A stretch of DNA of 62,410 nucleotides, the filler included, from Dugesia japonica (taxonomy: Eukaryota): assembly GCA_001938525.1 (NCBI GenBank). It is 6 parts of 6 records of this genome, joined end to end, with 100 filler letters (N's around TTAATTAATTAA, not from the genome) between each part and the next. Parts side by side here need not be neighbours in the genome. Positions count along the whole stretch, not along the records: positions 18,558 to 29,203 come from MQRL01611011.1; positions 29,304 to 40,079 come from MQRL01588590.1; 4 more parts are not named here. One strand, given 5' to 3'. Shown here piece after piece: positions 24,200 through 38,707 of this stretch (its first letter is position 1; every line of letters starts with the position of its first letter). A program made the position numbers and the translations under genes. The notes below the pieces were generated by a model, which was not told the DNA's origin, did not search any database, and was given only the letters and a program-made list of their open reading frames with translations.

Positions 24200-26660
24200 T
24201 TCTATTTTCATAGACTTCTAAGTAAATTTTATAAAATTTCACCTACTTCTATGTAATTTTTAAAATTTCTTATCGACTTCTGTGAAATTTTTAAAATATT
24301 CTAAGGACTTCTATGCAATTTTCAAAGATTTTCCCCATTCGAATGGGAATTCGAATTTTTGGGGACCTCTATGTAATTTTTAAAACTTTAGCTCGACTTC
24401 TATGTAATTTATTAAAAATTGCAATGACTTCTATGTAATTTAGGAAATATTTTAACGACATATAATTAATACAGTTGAAATATCTNTGTAAGATAACACA
24501 CAAAAGACAATTATGAGAAAAATTTATTTTAATCACTGACATGTTCTTTATTACACATTTAAAAATTCAATAAATATGTCTTTATCAGTAATTTTTTTAT
24601 CATTTATTTCTCATTGGACTGTGAATCCGTCATATCCTTATTTTTACTTGTTTCAGACATTATTTCATCAAAAGTATCATCATTTGGAGGCATATCAATA
24701 TATAAATATTATGTATATTATATATAATACGTTTATTCTATGTACTTAATGACTCTATGTCGTTTATTGTATGTATTTTACTGTATGTATGGGTTTATTA
24801 TATGTTTTAACTAGTTCAATCGAGTTATTTATGTGTATTTAAGTGACTTTATTTAGGTATTTGTATGTATAATATATGACTATATTGAAATCGTTGTAAG
24901 TATTATATAACTATATTAAGTTTATTGTATGTATTTATTTGTATGTATTAGGTATAGTCTGAATATTTAAAAGAATTTATTGAGGTATTTATGTGTATTA
25001 TATCACTATATTGAGTTAATTGTATGTTTTATTTGACTATAGGGTATATTGTGTGTATTTCAATGATTTTAGTTGGTTAAATATATGTATTATATGACAT
25101 TATTTGATGCGATTTATGACATTATTTCGTGTATTTTGTGTATTATATGGTATATTATATGTATTATATGAATATATAGAGTATATTAAGTATGTATTAT
25201 ATCACTACATTGTGTTTATTGTGTGTAATATCTNACTTTATAGATCTTAATATGTGTATTATAAGAACCTATTGGGTTTATTGTATGAATCTGGTTAATA
25301 TCCATTAGTTTACTATGTATGAAGCTCTATTAGATTTTTAATAGTCATATGCTTATGTTATGTTTAAAAATATTACATAGATGTACATGCAGTTTTTCAA
25401 AACATTACATAGACATCTGTGCGATTTTGAAATATTTGATCAGAAAGCACATATAAAACCCTACAAAACCCAATAATAACATATAAAACTTTATAAATCT
25501 AATAAAAACTTAGTAAAAGATTATCAGACCACATAAAGCCTTATAATAACCCTATAATTACTATAGAATCACCCTATAAACCTATCAAAATCCTATAATA
25601 ATATAATTACCATGTAATAGCTTTATAAAACCATATTGGAGTTAGTATAATATTTTTCATGAAATTTATGAAGATTTGTATGAACGTTGTATATTTTATT
25701 AATAAAATGATCTGTAGATTGTAAATATTAGATGTATTAATAGGTTTTGAAGGTTATGAATAGATTTAATGTATATATTTCTTTGAATTATTTGCGTTCA
25801 TGTGATGTAATTATTGAATGTATGCTGTTTATTGTTTCATTGAGTTCATTGGCTTTATTGCGTGATTTTCATAACTCTAGTAAGTTTTTCAGGTATATAG
25901 AGTAAATATTTAGAAATAATACCATGACATTTGGTAAATTTTTAGAAACATTTTAGGGACCTCTAGTAACGTTTTTGAAATAATTAACAGATTTCTAGTA
26001 ACTTTTTACAAAAATTACCGGATCTCTGGTAAGTTTTTGAAATATTTTAAATACATCTAGTAATTCTTTGTGTTATTTTACCAATGTTTTACATGGGATT
26101 CTGAAATTGTTAGCGACATCTAGTAAATTTTTGAAATAATTGCATGGCGTTTGTAAACTTTTTGAAATATTTAAATGACATTTGGTAATGTTTTGAAATA
26201 GTTACAAGATATTTGGTAACTGTTTGAAGTAATTACATGACAATTGATAACCTTTTATTGAAATATTAGTAATTTTAAAAATATTGATTAACAAGCTCAT
26301 ATAAAAGCATATAATTACTCTATAAAATCTATGAACCTTAAAAAAGATTTATATAATTACCATATTAAACCCTATAAAAGCATAATGAGAATATATAAAT
26401 CCGTATATTTACTCTATAAAAATCTTATTATTCTTATAAAAAGCAATATAATAACAAATAAAAACCCATAAATAAGCTAAAGAAACATATAAAACCCATA
26501 AATTATATAAAACTCTATTAAAACCCTATAATTACCTAATAAAAACATAATAACCATATATTTACCTTATAAAAAACTTATAATGACTCTATAATTATCT
26601 TAGAAAACCTTTTAATAACCCTATAGAAACATATAAATACCTTATAAAATACCTGACTAT
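24200..26660. repeat. Composite minisatellite-rich repeat (~31-32-bp units such as gacttctatgtaatttt, tttattgtatgtattatatga, catctagtaa.ttttt, aaaaccctataa)
   Basis: Several adjacent degenerate arrays. The same blocks recur in similar order at 48200-49920. Confidence 0.8.
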
Positions 26661-28197
26661 TGTTCGTTGTTCTAGTTGCACTTGTGTTGCAAAGTCTTTG
26701 TTTGATTTGCAATTTCGTTGTACGTGTATTGTATTAGTGTTGCATTTTTTATTGAACATTGACTTAGAATTTGTGTAAAATCTAATTAAATATATTATTT
26801 GTATTTCTTTAGAAAAACGTTTATAGTTTAACAACTTATTTCATTAATAATTATATTGAATGTGATATATGATTTCTTTGAATTTCAATGTTTATTTTTA
26901 TAAAATTAATGTATATTTATCGAATGGTTTATATGTATTAATGAAATTCGTGTAGATTTCTATNNNNNNNNNNNNNNNNNNNNNNNNNNNNNNNNNNNNN
27001 NNNNNNNNNNNNNNNNNNNNNNNNNNNNNNNNNNNNNNNNNNNNNNNNNNNNNNNNNNNNNNNNNNNNNNNNNNNNNNNNNNNNNNNNNNNNNNNNGACA
27101 TTAAAAAGAAATCTCAAAGGATATTTATTAACTTAAATCTTCTTCACTCTAATTTTTTGTGTATTTTAATTAATAACTATAATAAGCAAAAAAACATGAG
27201 CTCTGCAACAACCGGCGTACAAAATGTATTTCCGCCCTACTGCTAAGACTAACAAAATAAAAAACAAAATTATTATTCAACTCCATCTATTACACAATAA
27301 AAAACAATAATTACAATAATTTCTTTTAAACAAATGAAACAACACAACTGTTGTGAATATAGTCATAGCAGCATATTTGATTCTTTATTGTGTCTTCAAT
27401 TCTTCTTTAATTTTGTTCATGAATACTGNNNNNNNNNNNNNNNNNNNNNNNNNNNNNNNNNNNNNNNNNNNNNNNNNNNGCTCAGTTAGGAATTGAATAT
27501 CTCTAAGGGATCCGCTGTTAATTGTATCTGACAATTTTTGAATTTCTCTTTCCAATTTATACATATTGAGAATAATTTTAAATTGTTAAAAAGATCTATT
27601 TTACAAACGCTCCTGCTTTTATACTCTATAAAATACATATTTAGTAGTTTCTATTAGTCGTTACCTGTTTTAAGGGAAATGATTGGTTATTATTCATTTC
27701 AATTTATATGATTGAATGTAATAATATGATTAGTTATCTAAATTATACAACGAATTATATAGTTGTATATGGGTTATTATATAGTTTTTATATGGTTAAA
27801 TATTATTTATATATATTTATTTGAATCTTTTTTATATAGTTGTATAAGGGTTTTATATAGTTTTATGTTATCTTATTAAATTTTATCAAACTGATACTGG
27901 GCTTTTTATAATATAATAAATTAATAATAATGACATAATACACACAATAAACCCCATTATACAAACAAAACACTTAATAATGTCATAAATTACACCTAAT
28001 AATGTTCTATAATACTTATTGTTAGGTAAATCTTCAATTGTTGATTCATTTTGAAAATCAGAATTCATATTGTTAGACATTTTTTATTTGACTACAACAA
28101 ACTATATTTAATATAAAAAATGATTTTAAGATACAATTAATTAAATAATAATATTTAGTTATCTCATCTCTTATTGGCTGAAATTATTAATTAATAA

Positions 28198-29203
28198 TTA
28201 TTTTCTCATATTCCCCTTCTTAAGAAACTTTCTAAGTTTTTCCACATTTCTCTCTAAACACTGTCCATTTTCTCCTTGTACTGCATACCTCCTTTCATGA
28301 ATTTTCTCAATTATTCGATAAGGTCCCTCAAATCTGTTTTGACTTTTATTTCCTGTTTCTACCTTTATGAGTACATAATCGCCCACTTTGAATTCTCTTT
28401 TAGTATTTTCGTCTGAAATGTTTTCTTTAATTATATCTGAAACGTCTGACTCGTACCACTTTTCTCTGCTAATTTTCTTTCCAAAAACGATCTCAGCACG
28501 GCTCTTTCTAGTAGTCTTCTGCTTTGTTGCGTTCATTGTAAATTCTATTTCCGGTACAAGGTGTGCCCAATCTGTTGATTTTCTTTCTTGAAGGGTAGCA
28601 TTAATCAAATCTCGAATGGTCCTGAACTGTCTTTCTANNNNNNNNNNNNNNNNNNNNNNNNNNNNNNNNNNNNNNNNNNNNNNNNNNTGACTTTTATTTC
28701 TTGTTTCTACCTTGATGAGTACATAATCGCCCACTTTGAATTCTCTTTTAGTAATTTCGTTGGTAATGTTTTCTTTAATTACCACTTTTCTCTGCTAATT
28801 TTCTTTCCAAAAACGATCTCAGCCAGGCTTTTTCCATTAGTCTTCTGCTTTGTTGCGTTCATTGTAAATTCTATTTCCGGTGAAAGATCTGCCCAGTCTG
28901 TTGATTTTCTTTCTTAAAGGGTCGCATTAATCAAATCTCGAATGGTCCTGAACTGTCTTTCTATTTGTCTGTTAGCATTATGATGATATGGACTCGAAAA
29001 GCAAAGTTTAATGTCTAACTTCTGTGCAAACTCTCTCATAACTCTGGATTCAAACGCTTTTCCACAATCACATCTTATTTCTCTTGGACATCCAAATCTC
29101 AATATTTACTTTTCAAAAATAGCTTTTCATTTCGTTTCCTCGTCTTGTCTAGGCAATGGTATAAGAACCAGATATTTACTGTATTGGTCGATTATTCCAA
29201 GAA
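28198..29203 (-). mobile_element. Gypsy integrase fragment (DDE core + GPY/F module), partly duplicated across a gap
   Basis: IIDQYSKY, RFGCPREIRCDCGKAF, SPYHHNANRQIERQFRTI, FKVGDYVL..RFEGPYRI. Confidence 0.92.
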
Positions 29204-29303
29204 NNNNNNNNNNNNNNNNNNNNNNNNNNNNNNNNNNNNNNNNNNNNTTAATTAATTAANNNNNNNNNNNNNNNNNNNNNNNNNNNNNNNNNNNNNNNNN
29301 NNN
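29204..29303. other. Artificial contig spacer
   Basis: 44N-TTAATTAATTAA-44N. Confidence 0.95.
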
Positions 29304-32300
29304 AGAGGAAATAATACGAGATTTGATGGGCCTGAGTGGTCCTAGCAGGAGTGGAGTAGCTTAAATAAAAAAAATTTGTTGTTCATGAAGTTTTGATTTG
29401 CAAATTGGTGTATGATTTGTGTATAAGAGATAACGAGTTTGATATGTAGGTCACAGTTAGAATGAAATACTGCAGAGGCGGTAGTGTGTTGAGGTTGCGA
29501 TTTTAACTTTGTTTTATGTTTATTTGTTGTAAGTGGCTTGGAGAATAAGTGATTAATAGAGAAATGGTGATTGCTCGGAAGGGCAGTTAACGGGGAGGTT
29601 GTGACGGATAACGTACCAATGATGAAACCTGAATAGTATCTTTGAATGGTATTTACTTTTATATTATAAATAACGCAAAGGTACCGATAATGTTGACATA
29701 GGGTTGTCTGTAAAATTACTTTGTTTCGATTATAAAATAATTGAAGTTCTTCTTATAATTTAGTGGATAAAGCTGCGGAGAAGAAACCAAATGTGACTGA
29801 TGTACTAGCNNNNNNNNNNNNNNNNNNNNNNNNNNNNNNNNNNNNNNNNNNNNNNNNNNNNNNNNNNNNNNNNNNNNNNNNNNNNNNNNNNNNNNNNNNN
29901 NNNNNNNNNNNNNNNNNNNNNNNNNNNNNNNNNNNNNNNNNNNNNNNNNNNNNNNAAGTGTATGCCGATCGAGAGGCAGTGACGTTCGCTAATTTGCGAT
30001 CGCTGTGGTTATTATATCGGGAGCTATCTACACCACCGTAGATTTAGATGCGGAGGTTTAGATTAATAAATAGTTTTCAAGTCTTATTAGTTCTCCTTTT
30101 TATTACAATGGTTAGGTATGACCAATTTTAGGGTTAATTGGGTTTATCGTGAACAAATACTGAGCATGTGAGAGTTTTGTTGTCAGGGTTCACGGATCGA
30201 TGAATAAGAAGCGATACCAGAACGTCGCGCTGGACACGTGGGAAGAGAGGGGCACATCACAGAGGTGATGCAAACGCTTGAGGTTTTTAGGTTGCCCCTA
30301 GATCAGGTGACAATTTATTAAAAGCGAGTACGAGTGAGAAGAGGTTTAAGACAAAAATCAAAATCCTAAAAGCCCAACATTACTAAAAACAACCTATATC
30401 AAATACTTGCTTTTTGATTTAATTCATTAAAAATAAGGTTTGGCAATTATTATACTAATATTAATGAATTTTATGTTTGTTTAATCGCATCAAATCAATT
30501 AAAAGACAATGAATAGACTAATTTATAATTAAATTCGAGAACAAAATAGTTTTCAAAATGATTATTTTTAGCTAGAAATGATCCCGATGTCATTCTGAAT
30601 TATCATAAATATTTTAAATATTTTTAAAACATTTGAATTATTTAAACAAACTCGTCTATTCTCTACAAATTTCCGTAAAAGATTGAACCCAAACAGACGA
30701 ACCCGAAGAAATTATTGCCCAAAATCACTCTAAAATCAGCCTTACAAAAGTATTTCCTTATAAAATTGTCCAAAAATTAAAATAATTCAGTAAATTTTAT
30801 ATAATTAGTTACCAGATTTACTCTATGTTTTTTTTCTATGTTCAAACTCATACCTTTGAATGATAAAGCACTTTGAACAATGAACCATTATTTTATTTAA
30901 ATGTTTAAACTCATATTTTTAATAACGAAACCAAATGACGGAGAAGAAGAAGAAGAGCAGGATTTAACCAGAAAAGAGAGAAAAGACTAGAAAAAGAAGT
31001 TATTACTAATCTGTATAGAAATAAAATAGTTATTTTAATATTCTTGTCACCTACTCTTTATTGATATTCTTTAAAACATAGTGATTTAATCCTGTTCCTT
31101 TTCCTCTTCTCCGGTGGATTATTTCTTACTTACATAGCAACTGAAAATTAATTATTACACAATAGATCAAATGTCGTATTTTTTATTATGTAATAGATTA
31201 CATATATGTATTTGTTATGCAATGGATCACGTGTAACTGAGACTCTGTTTTAATTATTTGTAGTCTTTTCAATAAAATATATATCATTCATTATCATATG
31301 TTTGCATCTCTCTTTGCTCTTTGGTTTCCTACTTGCTCCTCACTTCCCTGCGTGCACTTTGATTTTTTATGGATTCCTCGTTTTTAAAATACCTAATATT
31401 CAGTCAGTAAAATCAATCTTTTGACTATAACTTATGCATTATTATATGAATTCCTTATTGAAAATATGACTTTAACCATTTACAATAAAACAATGGTTCA
31501 TAGTTCAAAGTGCTAACTTTATCATTGAAATAATAGTCTTTTCATAGAAAATACGAGTTTGAAAAATCATTTTAATGATAATACTGATGAAAAAGATCTT
31601 AAAGATTAAAGTGAAGAAGAAAGGATATAATATTGGCCGTATAATTACTGAGAGAAACGGAATAATTTATTAGACATCAATATTGATGATATAATCAGAC
31701 GTTGTCTTGATCAACCATCAATTTGTACAATAATTACTGATATTTATACCAGAACAAAATTGAAATACGAATACGATACTGAAGAAAACAACAAGAAAAT
31801 TTAATCTTTTGAATGTAAAAACCGGTACTCTTTAGAGCCACAAATGCTGATTGATAAGAAGAAAAAATGTGGATTTTGTAAAAAAAAAAAACGTTCATTG
31901 TAAATAAAATTAATTTTGTTTTTAAAAAAATGTAATTAAAAAAAATTACTACAAACAAATTACTTAAAATAAATAAATTAAAATAAGTTTCAAAGTGATA
32001 TTTTAATTAAATAACAGATTTATAAAATGTATGATTTAGAAATGATAAACCAATGATTTTAAAAGTAATGATTTGAATTAAAAAATAATTTCTTTTGTTT
32101 CACCATCACTATATACTATTGTTCTACTTAATATTAATTCTACTGGTTCAACTTCAGATTGTCCGAGTATTCTTTTTTTGAACTTATTCGAATCTACATA
32201 AAACTTAATAATTCACAATATAAACTGAAATATAACGTTTCTTTGATTTTCTTTCTTTTCCTTTAATCTCTAAACAAAAATATAATATCTTTTAAAGCAT

Positions 32301-32452
32301 AACAAATTGAATATTATGAGTGAATTTTTGATTTTAAATTCACAATTTTGTAAATAGTAAAGAATACTATCAATTTAAACCAAAAAAATGCTTTGAAATA
32401 AGATGTCGATTACAATAATCTTTCTTGAATGAATTCAAACAAATGAAATGTA

Positions 32453-32456
32453 TTAA

Positions 32457-32527
<71 letters not shown>

Positions 32528-32530
32528 ATA
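32453..32530. repeat. (TAAA)n microsatellite
   Basis: Direct reading. Confidence 0.95.
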
Positions 32531-35010
32531 TTTATACATTATACGTTATATTGTTGTTTTTTTTTTAAAATTTGTGTATTAGTTTTTAAGGTTATATTTC
32601 CGTTATTTAATATTCACAATATTCGTGAATATTCATAAATAAAAAAAATGTTCGCCTGTGAATTAAGAAAATTAATTTCATAATTTATTCAAAATAAGAA
32701 AAAATGTTTGTTTCAAAAAATACAGACTAGAAAATTGAAAAGTCGATTCGGATTTCAAAAATAATAATAATCGTAGAAAAGTTATTTCGAAAAATATTCA
32801 TTTTAAAAAAAATATCCACTATAAAAAATTTATTTTAAAATATTAAATTGCATTTAAATATTTACAATAAAAAATATTTATCACATTTTAAATGGTAAAA
32901 CAATTATTACAATAAAATTTATTTAATATTTAAATTACAATACAAAAAACTTGAAAATCACAACTAATATTTTTTTAAATCCTTTATATAACTACAAAAG
33001 GATATAACTGATAATCTGATACCATAACACTTGGTCTGCCTTGCAATTTATAGTAGAAAATATTTATTTTCTGTTCTGCTCAAATTGTTCTAATCCATTC
33101 TACTTTTCTATCATCCGCAAAGGTTTCGCTCTTCAACACCCTATATACTTTTCCTGTAACTTTCCCTATATCACCCAACTTTTCAACACCTTGAAGATAT
33201 TCACTCACTTCATTTAACAATGGATTAATTAAATGTAAATAGATAGTAAATAATTAATCTAATTTATTGAATAAAAAATGTAAATGAATGAAATTTTTAA
33301 TTAATTTTTCAAAAACATTTTGTAATTAATGAATACAACATCTAATTAAAAATTTATTAATTGTTTTCTTATAAATTAATACAATTTTAAACAAATAAAT
33401 TTTTAAAAGGCTAAATTTTCTATAAATAAACAAATATTGTTTTCGTTTAATTAATTTATTTATTCATATATTAAATAACTGTACTCAATATAAAATAATA
33501 ATTAATTAAATTCGGTAATTAAATAAAAAGAACTTACCTTTTCTATTTTCATTAAAAAAACGAATATTTATTAAAATAATAATTGGAATGAAGATTCCAA
33601 GACAAATAGTTGCTAAATGGAAAATATAAAAATAAAAATGTGGCTACTTGAAAATTTATTAAACTGATTTAAAAATAACTTAGTATAATATAAATCGCAT
33701 AATTAATATTAATTTGAATACATTATCACTAAACAAATAATATTTTGAATAAAAAATAGAAAAAACAGTTTTATTAATAATAGGGGTTGTTAGATGAATT
33801 TGGAGTACTCAGCGGATCATCAATATCAAACTCAATTCGATAGATTTTATTTTTTCAAACAAATTTGAAAATCTATATTCAAAGAAGAAAGTATCATTTA
33901 TCAGCCTTTTGTAAAATATTTCAATTTAAAATTTGGAATATTTTATTTTATTCTATCTAAATTTTATTAATGTTAAATTTAAAAATACAGTAAAAAAACA
34001 ATATTTCATTGACACTATTTTCTAGTCTTTTCATTTAAAAATTTTATCTTTTATTTTTTTCTAAACTTTTAATAATTAAAATTATATTAAAAATATTTTT
34101 TAATGCCAAACAGAAATTTGAAAATTCTGTGCTAATTCCCACACTTCTTGCTGATTCTGTCCCACTTTCCAATAGTTTTACGTAATTATTTATGTATAAT
34201 GTTTGTAAAAATCTGAATAACAAATCATATAAATTACCAAAAAATTATTAACGATAATGAAATTGATTAATATGTATAAAATCCTAATCACTCCCGGGCA
34301 TACTTTGCTAATAATTTCCAACAATTGGTTTGTTTATTATATTGAGTTTTATAGAGTTTAATGGTTTGGATGGCATAATTATATGCTAAATATTTGGTTA
34401 TACTTGTTTGAAAGTACTATAGATATGTGATATTTATACATATGTTTAAGTAGACTTAATAAAACAAGTACACATCTTTTGAAATTAATGTTTAATTCAA
34501 AAACATGAGTAATAGACTTAATGTAATCACTGTTTACCTAAGAAATTCATGTGTATAATCTGTTAGTTATGAGAATTAAAATACTTACCAATAAAACAGA
34601 ACAGATAATAAATCACAGAATAATTAATAAAAAACACAATATATTTCACTTAAAATATTTATTTATGAAAGTGGGCCATGCTCTTCCCATTGTATTCACT
34701 TATACTCTGTGTATCCACTCATGTTCTGATACTTCATCATATTACGGCCACTGTTCATCTAGAACCTCGTTGTTATTTATCTTGATATAATGGAAATTTA
34801 GTTTGATAGCTTCCACGTTAATGATATAAGTATTAAAATTAAAATTATTCATATAAAATTTCAACCAATCAGATTGTATTAATGTTATAGTTGCATTACC
34901 CTATCAAATTCAGAATTGTATACACACTTAAACTTATTTTACTTATAAGGTTTGAGTTTTTATTATGATGATAATAATAAGAATAAGAATAAAAATAATA
35001 ATAATGATAA

Positions 35011-35060
<50 letters not shown>

Positions 35061-35399
35061 TTTTTACCATTAATAGACAGACAGTAGTGAGCTGAACCAT
35101 ACCCCCTTCTGCTCCCGGAGTGGAAAACGTTTTGGTTCATAATTTTAATAGACGACCAGACGTTTACTGTAATTTGATTGGTCAAAATCTTTAATGTCAA
35201 TACGCCTAGAATTTGATTAGTTGAATTTTTTTGTGAATGCATTACGTAATAATACCATGGCTACGTAACATTTATGCCATATTCACGTGATCATTACATA
35301 ATAATCAATTTGTTTACATTAAGTGGAATTAATGATTCTCTATTTAATTAATGATTTTCAAATCTATTATTTAAGAATTAAATTATCTATATGGATATT

Positions 35400-37120
35400 A
35401 TTTTCTCGAAAAAACTTTGGTTGTCTCAGAAAATGTAGTGGCGAACTAAACCATTTTGATTTTTGTTTAGAAATTTCTAGATCAATAATGATCGTTTGAT
35501 GATAGAATCATTAGACCCGGAATAAAATTCTTTCTGTACATTGTCTAAAGGACTTATAGTGAAAAAACATGGTTGAGGAAGTAACATATAATTATAAAAT
35601 TATTTATAACTTATAATTATCATTAACTAATATTTTTTTAATATTTTATACCTTTTAACGCAAAATTAAAAACCATATATGAATATAACTTTACTTTTTC
35701 TAAACATGCTTGGTTCTCTCAAAAAAGGTAATGGTGCACTTAATCAGTATTCTCCTTTAAAGATATAGAAAATTTTGAATCGAAACCGGTATCATTAGCT
35801 ATATAATTATTAAGAAGATCAGGTATGTGTTCATCAATGCTTTTTGAAAATGCTTCATTCTATATGAAACTCAAAATCTTTGTAAGATAACTTTTGACTT
35901 AAGGTTCACCTATACAAGTTATTAATGTTAATGTTCAGCTAATCTATATTTTCATCAGAAACAACATGATGTTTGTTGAAAAAAGTGAGACATCATCTTA
36001 TATCATCTTCAAAAAACGTATACATTAACTCCCGAATTAAGTACTTGTTTTTTCTATATAACTTTTTTATGTATAAGGTTTATTGATTTTTAACCATGTT
36101 ATTCATACTCAGATATACACACTTATTAGGAAACATTATTTCCTAGATGGTATTTCATCTTAATACAGTTACTTTTTCCTCATGATTTGAGTTGATAGCA
36201 GTTGTCTGCACATAGAGTTCTCAGTGCTGAAATCAAGGTTTTGAGATGTTTTCACCACAAAACTTCATTTATTTCATCAAGGTTTAACATTGTTGAGTTT
36301 AGGTTAACATATTTAGAATTAACAAAATATTCGCTATCGAATAGATACTTTCTTAACCTATTTTAAAACGAAAATATTTTCGAAAAACCCTGTGCAAAAT
36401 AAATACACAGGGAAATATATCACCAAATTAACCAATATTATATAATATGATGCAATCTTTTAATTTCTAACTAGGATTTCTATTAGGATTGAGTTTCATT
36501 ACATCACTAATTCTGGAGGGGGGACATTAGTGATGACCACTACTATCTATCTACTATTTTTTAATGAATTGCTGAAAGAAATCAGTTAACAGAAACAAAT
36601 CCAATTTGAAATAGACCACTATTTAATCCAAAATGTTCTTAGATTTAAGGATTTCCCCAGCTTTTAGACATGACTTCTCGCTAACGTTATTCCATCTTGG
36701 TGGCAGGCTTTTTGTTTCTATTATAATTTCCAAACTCGTAGCAAAATAATATTGGAGATCCACTTTGATGTTATTATTCAACTATAACTAAATTATTATG
36801 TTGTCATTAATAATTTTACAGCTGCTTCTGACGACGAGTTGATAAATTTATATGAATCAATAAATCTGACGATTGCTTATTTATTTTGATTAACTGTGAG
36901 ATAGGGAAAGTTGACTATTTAATTTACATTTAATTTCCAAATTTGGAAACATACTAAGAACATACCTAAGAATATGATGGAGATAATATCTTATGAGACT
37001 ATGGAAAACAATCAGTAACTGTTTATATATATTTTCCTAAAAAAACATCTTTTACATGATGCACGTAAGTATGCTCCCATTACACTAGTGATTATCATCA
37101 TAAATATCTACCAACTTCTA
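35400..37120 (-). pseudogene. Heavily degraded Polinton-type protein-primed DNA polymerase B
   Basis: Collinear relic motifs from manual translation: DDNH..GAYLRASC..C, IVFHSL.RYYLHHI (FHNL.GYD.H), VRFIDSYKFINSS (~36860), FFEDDIR (FE.GIRGG) and NINNLYR*TLSQKLSYKDFEF (D.NNLYGWAMSQ.LP, ~35900). Confidence 0.62.
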
Positions 37121-38383
37121 CAGGATTGTTGAAACTAAACAACTAAAACATTGAAGCTAAACACAGTCAATTTATTGTTGAATACTGTTTTCAAATATTT
37201 AGAAGAAGTTGATAATATTACCAATAATGTAGTGTATCCTTACTATTTAGAACATAGAAACTAGAAAATGATGATAACTTCTGATCAGTTTGCTATCACG
37301 CCCACATTAAATAGCGTTGTGAATTGAAATAAATTATGTGTATAAAAAGATATGAATAAATAACCAATTGAAGAATTACTTAACAAATATTATTAGATGT
37401 TAAATATAGATTCGGCGTTATCTGTTAATATAATGAACAATATAATATTCTGAGCAAAATTAAAATGATAAACATCTCTCATTAGTGACGTTCTATCGAA
37501 CAGTAAAACTAGCGCATATCTTTGGCCTCTAAATTTAAGGGGCCTCTAAATAATCTAATTAAATATTATTATATTTTGACAATTTCTATGCATTTTGCCA
37601 TAAAATATTGTATTTTACGACTACCTTTTGTGTGACATATAAAGCTTTGCGATAATTGCTCTTGCCGTAGTCGATTGTTTGGCTTTTCTAGGTATATTTA
37701 CCTTCTACCGTCAGAAAAAGTAGATAATCCATTCCATCTGCAAATACGATATTTTTTCTATTGTATGTTTTCATACCTGAACGTGTAAAAACTAAAAAAT
37801 ATGGAAGCCCCAATTTACCTAAATTGTCATTGTAATCGAATGTTTGTATCTCAAACTATTGTAACCTGAACTAAGAAACAAATCATTCCACTGTCTGAAA
37901 TTAACTGGACAACATCGAGCCATCACTCAAGCAATTTTTTGCGAAAATAGAATTAAGTTATTGTACAATTCAAATTATATTTGTCCATCTTTTTATGTCT
38001 TTTATTTGTATATAAATTTGAATTCATTATTTTTCCTTTAATAATTTTATTGTGAACTAGTTTTATGATAGAAAAATTCAAGTTTGTTTTTAACGAGTAA
38101 TCAGAAGTTGAAAATATATAGCCGTTGAAAAAGAACAATTAAATCATTCATTAAAGATATAGTACGTACAGTATGAAAGAAATCCATACCTCTGCCTTCT
38201 AACTTTCAAATGATCTAATCATATCAACTTGGTAATATATGTAGGTTTAATTTAATTATTTACAATTTATAGGATATTGTTGATCAAATTTTGAAAGCTT
38301 CAAATCGTTATTTAAGTAATTAAAGTGATGAGTTTTAAATTAAAGATAGACGATTGAAAAACAGTTTAACCATGTTTAATAAA

Positions 38384-38707
38384 CCCGCCGTGATTAGGGA
38401 TTCCAATTGTATATTCGAATTATTCGTCTGATTTTTCAGCTATTCGTTATTCAAATATTTTATCAACTATTCGAATAGTATTCGTGTATATATTTTGCAA
38501 TATAAAAACATAGGAAAATTTATTTTTTTTAAAAGATTTCATAAACAAGTTATATTTCGCAATATTTGGTGTTCGATTATTTAAAACTGGAGTATAATAG
38601 TTAAATTTTTTAAACTATATGTACTTTAAAAAAACGTATAAAAATACTAATTAAATTGAATTTTGTATAGCCCGGTTTCGATATATAAATACCATAATCA
38701 CGGCGGG
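38384..38707. mobile_element. Non-autonomous piggyBac-like MITE
   Basis: Ends cccgccgtgattaggg ... ccataatcacggcggg are inverted repeats. Right flank is TTAA and left flank TAAA (one mismatch to a TTAA TSD). Confidence 0.7.

Noticed and set aside
24200-24470. Regularly spaced gacttctatg repeats resembling a CRISPR array
   Set aside because: The intervening sequences are themselves degenerate repeats, the context is eukaryotic and there are no cas genes; it is a minisatellite.
27886-28080. 64-aa ORF with a hydrophobic, TM-like segment
   Set aside because: The hydrophobic part derives from the tttattgtgtgtattatg minisatellite motif; no independent support.
28340-28970. Apparent tandem duplication of the integrase C-terminus
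   Set aside because: Near-identical copies sit either side of an N gap; most likely unmerged contig ends or paralogues.
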